From NCBI GenBank assembly GCA_034659655.1, contig JAYEHT010000201.1, positions 1 to 43,083 of the forward strand: a stretch of DNA of 43,083 nucleotides, read 5' to 3'. Each line of letters opens with the position of its first letter. Within the stretch, counting starts at the first letter, position 1. Both the position numbers and the translations under genes were made by a program. This document shows positions 36,578 through 43,083 of the stretch, one piece after another. This DNA comes from Candidatus Aerophobota bacterium. Lineage in GTDB: Bacteria; Aerophobota; Aerophobia; Aerophobales; JAGGXI01. The notes under the pieces were generated by a model that ran no database searches, was not told where the DNA came from, and worked only from the letters and a program-made list of their open reading frames with translations.

Positions 36578-37906
36578 ATGAATAGTAAAGAAGATATCTG
36601 GCAAAAACTTTTGTTTAATATCAAAAAGAAGGTTGATTCACAAAATTTCAAAGCGTGGTTAGAGCCTCTCCAAATGCACTCTCTCATTAATAATAAGATA
36701 ATTATTGGGACACCTAATAGTTTTTTTAAGGAGATGGTAGAGAAGAAGTATTTAAAGTTAATAAAAAAGGAGATGAGAGAGATAGTTGATGAAGATGTGG
36801 AGGTAGACTTTATTACTTCTTCCCCAACCAGAGACAAAAAAAGGGTAAATTCGGTTTACTCTTCCCCTAAAAAGAGACTTTTTAATAGACTAAATCCCAG
36901 ATACACTTTTTCTAATTTTGTAGTGGGTAATAATAATAGGTTGGCGCATGCCGCAGCCTTAGCAGTAGCACAATCACCTGCACAGGTATACAATCCTCTA
37001 TTTATCTATGGAGATGTAGGGTTAGGGAAGACACACCTTCTCCAGGCTATTGCTCATTATATTGTTGAGAAAAAAAAATTTTTAAAGTTTTCGTATATTT
37101 CATCAGAACAGTTTACTAATGAGATGATAAATGCTATTAAAGATGATAAAACAGTAGAATTTAGAAAGAAATATAGATATACGGATATTTTACTTGTGGA
37201 TGATATTCACTTCTTAGCAGGAAAAGAGAGGACGCAGGAAGAGTTTTTTCACACATTTAATGCCTTATACGAAGTTCATAAACAGATAGTTCTCTCAAGT
37301 GATAGATCCCCCACAGAGATTCCCACTCTCAAGGAAAGACTCCAATCCCGGTTTGAATGGGGATTAATTGCAGACATACAACCCCCAGATTTAGAAACAA
37401 GAGTTGCTATACTAAAGAAAAGGGCAGAGGCGGAGAAGATGGATCTTTCGGATGAAGTAGCTATATTCATAGCAGGGAGAGTAAAAACTAATATCCGTAA
37501 ATTAGAAGGTTGTTTGATACGTTTAATTGCTCGTGCTACTCTCTTTAAAGAGAAATTAGATAATGATTCCGCAAGAGAGATTCTAAAAGATATCCTTCCC
37601 GAAAAAGAACATACCTCTATTACTATCGGATTGATACAAAAAGTAGTAAGTGAGTATTATAGTATTAAGGAAGAAAATATAAAAAGTAAGAATAGAATGA
37701 AAACGATTGCTTTCCCAAGACAGATAGCAATGTATCTTTGCAGAGAGTTGACCGATGCTTCTTTTCCTGAGATTGGAGAGAAATTTGGAGGTAAAGACCA
37801 TACGACAGTAATGTACGCCTGGAGAAAAATAGACGGCTTAAAAGATAAGAATAAGAACTTACTGAGCGATCTCGAAAAGCTGAGTAAGATGTTAAAAAAC
37901 CATTGA
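36578..37906 (+). CDS. dnaA: chromosomal replication initiator protein DnaA
   Basis: Contains NPLFIYGDVGLGKTHLL (Walker A), LLVDDIHFL, and a C-terminal DNA-binding domain with FGGKDHTTVMYA. The ATG at 36578 (after GAAAGG) is preferred over the TTG at 36575. Confidence 0.95.
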   Translation: MNSKEDIWQKLLFNIKKKVDSQNFKAWLEPLQMHSLINNKIIIGTPNSFFKEMVEKKYLKLIKKEMREIVDEDVEVDFITSSPTRDKKRVNSVYSSPKKRLFNRLNPRYTFSNFVVGNNNRLAHAAALAVAQSPAQVYNPLFIYGDVGLGKTHLLQAIAHYIVEKKKFLKFSYISSEQFTNEMINAIKDDKTVEFRKKYRYTDILLVDDIHFLAGKERTQEEFFHTFNALYEVHKQIVLSSDRSPTEIPTLKERLQSRFEWGLIADIQPPDLETRVAILKKRAEAEKMDLSDEVAIFIAGRVKTNIRKLEGCLIRLIARATLFKEKLDNDSAREILKDILPEKEHTSITIGLIQKVVSEYYSIKEENIKSKNRMKTIAFPRQIAMYLCRELTDASFPEIGEKFGGKDHTTVMYAWRKIDGLKDKNKNLLSDLEKLSKMLKNH

Positions 37907-37921
37907 TAGTTTAATATAAAC

Positions 37922-38100
37922 AGTGGATAAATAAAAGTTAAATTTACTTCCTGTGGAAAAGCTATAAAAAAATTTTTTTATCCACTTTTTTTATTATCAG
38001 GTGTGAGAAGATTAATGTATAGTTTAGATGTTATCCACAATATTAACTCCATTACTATTACTATTCTATTAGAACAAATTTATTAAGTAACTGATAGTAT
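37922..38100. promoter_or_regulatory. DnaA-box cluster plus AT-rich tract downstream of dnaA (candidate oriC part 2)
   Basis: AGTGGATAA at 37922-37930, TGTGGAAAA at 37952-37960, TTATCCACT at 37978-37986, perfect TTATCCACA at 38031-38039. An AT-rich stretch with ATTACTATTACTATTCTATT follows at 38040-38100. Confidence 0.6.
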
Positions 38101-38143
38101 TAGGTGAACCTTTCTCAAATGAAAGAGGAATAAAATTCAACAT

Positions 38144-38347
38144 TTAATCCTTATCCGTCAATCTCATTTTACCCTCTATAATCTCTCGTAAGACAGAAGT
38201 GATAAGTTTTTCGTTAGAATTATCTAAAACATTTTTATCTTTTTCTTTAATTAATTCTCTTGCTCTTTTAATAGCTAAACGGGTAAGCTCATACTTATTA
38301 TCTATCTTTGCCTTTTTTAGTAGCTCATCTATTGAAAAATTAATCAA
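38144..38347 (-). CDS. rpoZ: DNA-directed RNA polymerase subunit omega
   Basis: 67 aa with NKYELTRLAIKRARELI. Lies directly downstream of gmk, the conserved arrangement. Confidence 0.75.
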   Translation of the reverse strand: MINFSIDELLKKAKIDNKYELTRLAIKRARELIKEKDKNVLDNSNEKLITSVLREIIEGKMRLTDKD

Positions 38348-38983
38348 TTAAAACTCCCCGATAGTTTCCTTATTTAACATTCTATTTGCTCGGTAATGTT
38401 CCGCTTTAATTATAACCAATAGGTTCTTTAAGGTTTCGTTTATCTCATTGTTAATTACTATATAGTCATAATAAGAAGCATATTTAACCTCTTCTTTTGC
38501 TCGCTCTATACGTTTTTTAACTTTTCCTTCATCCTCTGCACCTCTTTTACTTAATCGATTTTTTAGTTCTTTCCAAGAAGGGGGAAGAAGAAAGATGAGA
38601 ACCGCCTGTTGAGGATACTCTTTTTTTATCTCGACACCCCCTTTAACATCTACTTCTAATAATACATCTTTCCCCCCATCTTTTATAACTTCATTAAGAA
38701 ATTTCTCCGGGGTTCCGTATAATTGGCCATGGACTTCTGCCCATTCTACGAATTTATTTTCCTTTATCATTTTCTGAAACTCTTCTCGGGGAACAAAGTA
38801 ATAATCTACTCCCTCTATCTCATTTTTGCGAGGAGGCCGGGTGGTAAACGATACTGAGCAAGCAAAAGGAGGAGAGCTCTGTAGCAGTCTTTTACATAAA
38901 GTAGTCTTTCCTACTCCAGAAGGCGCGGAGATGACTATGATTATTCCTCCCATTTTTTTCAACAATTTCTCCTTTAAAGTCAT
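38348..38983 (-). CDS. gmk: guanylate kinase
   Basis: 211 aa with the P-loop ISAPSGVGKTTL, then TTRPPRKNEIEGVDYYFV. Confidence 0.9.
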   Translation of the reverse strand: MTLKEKLLKKMGGIIIVISAPSGVGKTTLCKRLLQSSPPFACSVSFTTRPPRKNEIEGVDYYFVPREEFQKMIKENKFVEWAEVHGQLYGTPEKFLNEVIKDGGKDVLLEVDVKGGVEIKKEYPQQAVLIFLLPPSWKELKNRLSKRGAEDEGKVKKRIERAKEEVKYASYYDYIVINNEINETLKNLLVIIKAEHYRANRMLNKETIGEF

Positions 38984-39855
38984 TCAATATTTTTTACTTC
39001 TTCGGCTATTTTTTCTATCTCTTGTTTAATTTTAATCACAGACCGAGATATATTAAGAGAATTAGTTTTCGCTCCGATAGTATTGATCTCCCTGTGCATC
39101 TCCTGTAAGATAAATTTTAATTTTTTCCCCACAGCTCCTTTTTCTTGCAGGGTATTTTCTAACTGTTTTAAATGAGAGCTAAAACGTACCTCCTCTTCTG
39201 TAATATCTCCCCGATTAACAAGACGAGATATTTCTGCTGCTATTTTACTGTTTTTTCCCTCGTTTAACAACTCTTTTAAATTCTCCTTAATCTTATTCTG
39301 ATAGCTAATTTTAGCTAATGGTATCTCTTCTTTTATTTGCGAGAGATATTTTTTAATTTTTTTTATACATTTTAGTATACTCTTAAGGTGTTTTTCTCCC
39401 TCTTTTTCCCTCATTTGAAGAACATTCTCTAAAGATTTAGATAAAGCTTTATCTAATAAATCCTTTACAATTTTTCCTTTAGTTTCTACCCCCTCTACTA
39501 TATTAATTATTTGAGGAAATTCCATAAGATGGGAGAGGTTAATCTCATCTTTTAACCCTAAATTATCTCGCAGTTGAGAAAGGGTTTGATAATATTGAGA
39601 AGCAGTCTGTTGGTTTACGGTAATTTTAGGGGAAGAGGAGCTTTTTGTAGATAACTCCACACTAACAGTTACTTTTCCCCGCTTAACCTTTTGTCTAATA
39701 AGTTCTTTTATTCTTTTTTCCCATAAAAAGGGAATTCCTTGAGATGAATTGATATCTATATCTAAAAAACGATGATTAACTGTTTTTATCTGTAAATATA
39801 GAGATACCTTCTTATTTTCTTGTTTGCTTTCCCCATAACCAGTCATACTTCTCAA
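38980..39855 (-). CDS. yicC: YicC family protein
   Basis: 291 aa with MRSMTGYG at the N-terminus, TVNHRFLDI, and a C-terminal EMHREINTIGAK. Conserved yicC-gmk-rpoZ order. Confidence 0.85.
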   Translation of the reverse strand: MRSMTGYGESKQENKKVSLYLQIKTVNHRFLDIDINSSQGIPFLWEKRIKELIRQKVKRGKVTVSVELSTKSSSSPKITVNQQTASQYYQTLSQLRDNLGLKDEINLSHLMEFPQIINIVEGVETKGKIVKDLLDKALSKSLENVLQMREKEGEKHLKSILKCIKKIKKYLSQIKEEIPLAKISYQNKIKENLKELLNEGKNSKIAAEISRLVNRGDITEEEVRFSSHLKQLENTLQEKGAVGKKLKFILQEMHREINTIGAKTNSLNISRSVIKIKQEIEKIAEEVKNIE

Positions 39856-39873
39856 TTTAATGTCTCCTTGATT

Positions 39874-39902
39874 ATTATATTAATTCTCTATTTTTCTGTC
39901 AA
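39874..39902 (-). promoter_or_regulatory. sigma70-like promoter candidate for yicC-gmk-rpoZ
   Basis: On the minus strand: TTGACA (39902-39897), a 17-nt spacer, TATAAT (39879-39874). AAGGAG lies upstream of the ATG. Confidence 0.5.
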
Positions 39903-39972
39903 TCTATTTTTACCAAGACCTCCGAAAAAACTTGCCGGTTCTCTGATAATCTAATCTGTGTAATTTCGACTT

Positions 39973-40779
39973 TTATGGAGCACTATTTAAGATAGTGCTC
40001 CATTTATCTGTGAAATCAGAGATTTCTGACCTTTTCAGAAATCTCTTTACCAGATCAATGAAGAATTTTTCTAATGAGCCTTCCCCTTTCTCTTTTATGG
40101 TTTTTATTTCCCCTGTGTAGATTAACTTTCCCTTATGAATAATTCCAATACGGTCACATATTTCCTCTACTTCGGATAAAATATGAGAGGAAAAGAATAC
40201 AGTTTTGCCATCTCTTTTAAGGGTTAAGATTATATCTTTTACTCTCTTTCTTCCCAGGGGATCTAATCCACTCATCGGTTCATCTAAAAGAAGGATTTCA
40301 GGGTTATTTATTAAAGTTGCGGCAATACCTAACCTCTGAGACATTCCCTTGGAAAATTCTTTAATTCTCGTTTTTTTATCCTCTGTTAGTCCTACTAAAC
40401 TAAGAGCATCTTTTATTCTTCTCTCTCTTGCCATCTTTTTTACTTTAAATAATTTTCCTAAAAAAACTAAAAATTCATAAGCGGATAGATACTCGTAAAA
40501 GCAGGGATCTTCAGGAAGGAAGCCTATCCTTTGTTTAATCCAGCTATTAACTTTCTCTTTTTTTAAAATTTCAACTTTCCCCTCGTCAGAAAAAACAAAT
40601 CCTAAAAGCATTTTAAGTAGAGTGCTTTTACCAGTTGCATTCAATCCCAAGAGACCAAATACCTCTCCTTTTCTTACCTTGAGGTTTACTTTCTCTAAAG
40701 CTAAAACTCTCCTTTTTTTTAAAAAACCCTTATATCCTTTATAGGTTTTACTTAACCCTTCAGTCTTAATTATAACCAT
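39973..40779 (-). CDS. ABC transporter ATP-binding protein (ABC-2 type)
   Basis: 268 aa with Walker A GLNATGKST, signature FSKGMSQRL, and Walker B LLLDEP. No permease gene is adjacent. Confidence 0.8.
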   Translation of the reverse strand: MVIIKTEGLSKTYKGYKGFLKKRRVLALEKVNLKVRKGEVFGLLGLNATGKSTLLKMLLGFVFSDEGKVEILKKEKVNSWIKQRIGFLPEDPCFYEYLSAYEFLVFLGKLFKVKKMARERRIKDALSLVGLTEDKKTRIKEFSKGMSQRLGIAATLINNPEILLLDEPMSGLDPLGRKRVKDIILTLKRDGKTVFFSSHILSEVEEICDRIGIIHKGKLIYTGEIKTIKEKGEGSLEKFFIDLVKRFLKRSEISDFTDKWSTILNSAP

Positions 40780-40930
40780 TCTCTTCTTTTTTATACTTTT
40801 TCACCTCAAGAAAAGGATTAAGGAACCGTTCTCCTTTTATCCTCACAGATTCGGTGAGATGCAGAGTGGGCTTTTCTTCGGCTTGAAGAATAAACTTATA
40901 TTTAGCTGAAGAGAGATAACTTAAATTCAT
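40766..40930 (-). CDS. possible small ORF (54 aa) overlapping the ABC ATPase start
   Basis: My own translation gives MNLSYLSSAKYKFILQAEEKPTLHLTESVRIKGERFLNPFLEVKKYKKEENGYN. It fills an otherwise empty 180-nt gap. It has no convincing SD and no recognisable family. Confidence 0.2.
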   Translation of the reverse strand: MNLSYLSSAKYKFILQAEEKPTLHLTESVRIKGERFLNPFLEVKKYKKEENGYN

Positions 40931-40958
40931 TTATTTTTATGTTTGTCTCTCTTTTATT

Positions 40959-41363
40959 TTAAATCTGTTCTATTTTTATTATTAACTCCCTGTCTCTGGG
41001 CCCATCAAATTCACAAAAATAGATAGACTGCCATGTCCCAAGAATTAGTTGATTATTATGAATAAGTAAGGTTTCTGAACATCCGATAAGGGAGGATTTT
41101 ATATGAGCAGGGGAATTTCCTTCTCTATGGGAATAATTACCGTGGGAAGGAACGATATTATTTAATTGATTTAATATATCTTTTCCTACATCAGGGTCTG
41201 CTCCTTCATTAATAGTTATCCCTGCTGTAGTATGAGGTACGTAGAGATAACAGATTCCCTCTTTTACTCTCGACTCTCTCACTTCCTTTTCTACTCGAGA
41301 GGTAGTATTTATAAACTCAGTTTTAGAATTAGTGGTGATACTTAATCTTTTTAACGTTTTCAT
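40959..41363 (-). CDS. yjbQ: YjbQ/UPF0047 family protein (secondary thiamine-phosphate synthase-like)
   Basis: 134 aa with YVPHTTAGITINEGADPDV, HREGNSPAHIKSSL, and GTWQSIYFCEFDGPR. Confidence 0.85.
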   Translation of the reverse strand: MKTLKRLSITTNSKTEFINTTSRVEKEVRESRVKEGICYLYVPHTTAGITINEGADPDVGKDILNQLNNIVPSHGNYSHREGNSPAHIKSSLIGCSETLLIHNNQLILGTWQSIYFCEFDGPRDRELIIKIEQI

Positions 41364-41463
41364 CTCCTGACTTTTATATAAATCCCATTAGACTAATTTT
41401 TTCATTTCTGCCCTTACCCTGTAAGATGAGAATCGTACAGGAATTACTGCCAGGACCCTTTTT

Positions 41464-41919
41464 CTAACGGGTAAACTTATCAGGGCTCATAATAGTTATG
41501 CGAGGATAACCACTTATCAAATTAAAGGCATTTATCTTTCTCTCTACCTCTTTTTTAACTATATGGGCCCTGTCCCAGCTTAAAAATATATCTATTCTAT
41601 TTGTTACCGCTAAGGATAAGTGCAGAGCATCATTATAGGAGTTCTGAGGAAATATCTTTTCCTGAATATATCTATTTGCCAATCTTTCTGCCAGAGAGGT
41701 TATCTCTAAAATGGGGAATTTAGAAATTAATGAAAGAATATCTTCTCTCTTTTTCTCTGTCTTTAGCGCTTTTATCTCCTCTACGGTTAGTTGAGAAACC
41801 ACTATCCGATAATGGTTAATCTCTTTCTTCCACCACTGGAGAGTAATTTTACGTCTCTCTGCTTCACTTTTTTCACAACAAGCAGAAGGAATAGAAGCAT
41901 CCAGATAAAGGCTTTTCAT
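41464..41919 (-). CDS. PIN-domain protein (VapC-like)
   Basis: 151 aa. Acidic residues are placed as in PIN nucleases: LYLDAS, TVEEI, NDALHLSLA, SWDRAH. No partner antitoxin ORF is visible. Confidence 0.6.
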   Translation of the reverse strand: MKSLYLDASIPSACCEKSEAERRKITLQWWKKEINHYRIVVSQLTVEEIKALKTEKKREDILSLISKFPILEITSLAERLANRYIQEKIFPQNSYNDALHLSLAVTNRIDIFLSWDRAHIVKKEVERKINAFNLISGYPRITIMSPDKFTR

Positions 41920-41924
41920 ATTTG

Positions 41925-42794
41925 TTAAAGTAGACCGTATTCATGTAAGGCTTTCTCAACTTTTACTTCGTTCTCTTCCCTCATTTCTCCTAATGGAAGC
42001 CTCCATTCTTTTTGAATCATTCCCATTTTAGCCATTGCTGTTTTTATGGGCAAAGGATTGGTTTCTATAAACATAGCCTCACATAAAGGATAGATCTTAT
42101 AATGAAGTTTCCGCGCCTTATCAATATCCCCTTTTAGATACAGGCTTATCATTTTTGCTGTCTCTTCGGGTATAATATTTGCCACTACGGAAATTACTCC
42201 CATACCCCCCAGAGAAAGAATGGGAAGGGTTTGAGAATCATTTCCAGAAAGGATAAAGAAATTAGGGTCCGATGCGGCAATTATGCTGGATATCTGGTCC
42301 ATGCTTCCGCTTGCCTCCTTAATCCCTATTATATTGTTCAGTCTGCTTAATTTAGCCACCGTTGCCGGAGAAATATTCACTCCTGTCCGCGAAGGAACAT
42401 TGTATATTACAATGGGAACCCCTATGGCATCCAATTTTCTGTAATGAGCTTCCAGGCAATTTTGTGTAGGTTTATTGTAATAAGGGGTGATAATGAGAGC
42501 TCCGTCTGCGCCTGCTTTTTTGGCAAATTCTGTCAATTCCTCTGCCTCTTTTGTGTTATTAGAGCCTGTTCCAGCAATTACAGGGACTCTTCCCTTTACT
42601 TCATCAATAGTAATCTCGATTACTCTCTTATGTTCCTCAGAAGACAGGGTAGGGGACTCTCCTGTTGTTCCACAAGGAACTATTCCATCTACTCCCTTCT
42701 CTAAACAGAACTGAATAACTCTTCTTATTGCTTCCTCATCTATTTCTCCTTTTTTAAAAGGGGTAACTATGGCTACAAAACATCCCTTAAACAT
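41925..42794 (-). CDS. dapA: 4-hydroxy-tetrahydrodipicolinate synthase
   Basis: 289 aa with VPCGTTGESPTLS, YNVPSRTG, and the active-site region GIKEASG. Confidence 0.9.
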   Translation of the reverse strand: MFKGCFVAIVTPFKKGEIDEEAIRRVIQFCLEKGVDGIVPCGTTGESPTLSSEEHKRVIEITIDEVKGRVPVIAGTGSNNTKEAEELTEFAKKAGADGALIITPYYNKPTQNCLEAHYRKLDAIGVPIVIYNVPSRTGVNISPATVAKLSRLNNIIGIKEASGSMDQISSIIAASDPNFFILSGNDSQTLPILSLGGMGVISVVANIIPEETAKMISLYLKGDIDKARKLHYKIYPLCEAMFIETNPLPIKTAMAKMGMIQKEWRLPLGEMREENEVKVEKALHEYGLL

Positions 42795-42867
42795 TCTTTC
42801 CCCCTTCTTTCTATAAAAAGTATTGTTAAAATTTCACCACAGAGAGATTATCCGCTTAGTAATATCT

Positions 42868-43083
42868 TTTATAAGACTATCTCCCACAGCTGGTGCAGCT
42901 TGTTAACCTGCAGGTTGAACAGCTACTCATTCCCGGAGTGGGCCCCTCTTTATTCCTCCCGATGAAAGATTTGGGGATAAGTTTCTTTAGTTGGTGATTA
43001 CCACATTTTCTACAGTGGATATCTTTTTCTTTCCCTATGGTTACCAGGCTTACAAACTCCTCCCCACAATTTTCGCATTTATA
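42868..43083 (-). CDS. FmdB-family zinc-ribbon protein (5' end outside the window)
   Basis: My own translation of the minus strand gives YKCENCGEEFVSLVTIGKEKDIHCRKCGNHQLKKLIPKSF...SCSTC, with a stop at 42870-42868. It shows the two CxxC pairs typical of the family. It is absent from the ORF track because no start codon lies in the window. Confidence 0.6.

Noticed and set aside
38100-38143. Imperfect hairpin downstream of rpoZ (CCTCTTTC...GAAAGG on the minus strand)
   Set aside because: The stem is bulged and not followed by a U-run, and it lies inside the AT-rich candidate origin region. It is not convincing as a terminator.
2622-42714. Many 60-90 aa antisense ORFs inside long genes (for example 2622..2807, 4613..4798, 5548..5784, 8755..9024, 14024..14227, 16535..16801, 18914..19150, 20637..20861, 21783..21971, 22211..22414, 23012..23257, 23957..24190, 24284..24538, 25450..25641, 27149..27343, 30466..30672, 30596..30859, 34442..34783, 36550..36837, 37276..37470, 37583..37801, 38826..39029, 42444..42704, 42487..42714)
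   Set aside because: Each is fully or largely embedded opposite a well-supported gene with recognisable motifs. Their products are low-complexity Ser/Phe/Leu/Ile-rich, as expected for shadow frames in AT-rich DNA.

Overview
This is an AT-rich bacterial chromosomal segment. The envelope genes (lpxB, an msbA-like exporter, an O-antigen-ligase-like protein) suggest a diderm, and it is probably an uncultivated lineage. All calls come from reading the sequence and ORF translations by eye; no searches were run.

Left to right, the window contains:
- A family-4 uracil-DNA glycosylase.
- A tRNA region: tRNA-Arg, a degenerate tRNA-Gly copy, a 2.3 kb insert-like segment carrying an MFS transporter, then tRNA-Gly, His, Lys, Gly and Leu. 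Two copies of a ~98-nt three-hairpin repeat sit inside this region.
- A tightly packed tig-clpP-ntpA-ntpB-ntpD operon. It encodes V/A-type ATPase head and stalk subunits only, at the position where clpX normally sits.
- A 24 kb run of minus-strand genes. It starts with an envelope glycolipid cluster (three LpxB-family paralogues, an O-antigen-ligase-like protein, three tandem GT2 paralogues, an MsbA-like exporter, a DUF362/4Fe-4S protein and a methyltransferase frameshifted at a G7 tract). panC follows. It ends with a complete shikimate operon plus pheA, interrupted by a REP-associated tyrosine transposase (RAYT) flanked by GTAG-hairpin REP units, and a tungsten-type aldehyde:ferredoxin oxidoreductase.
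- A 2.3 kb IS4-like insertion sequence with 19-bp perfect inverted repeats, inserted right next to a dnaA gene that has DnaA-box clusters on both sides (candidate oriC, no dnaN).
- rpoZ-gmk-yicC, an orphan ABC ATPase, yjbQ, an orphan PIN-domain gene, dapA and a partial FmdB-type zinc-ribbon gene.

The most unusual items are:
- The covarying structured repeat in the tRNA operon.
- The REP/RAYT cassette inside the shikimate operon.
- The membrane-sector-less V1 genes fused to tig-clpP.
- The half-tRNA direct repeat bracketing the MFS segment.
- The homopolymer frameshift in the glycolipid cluster.
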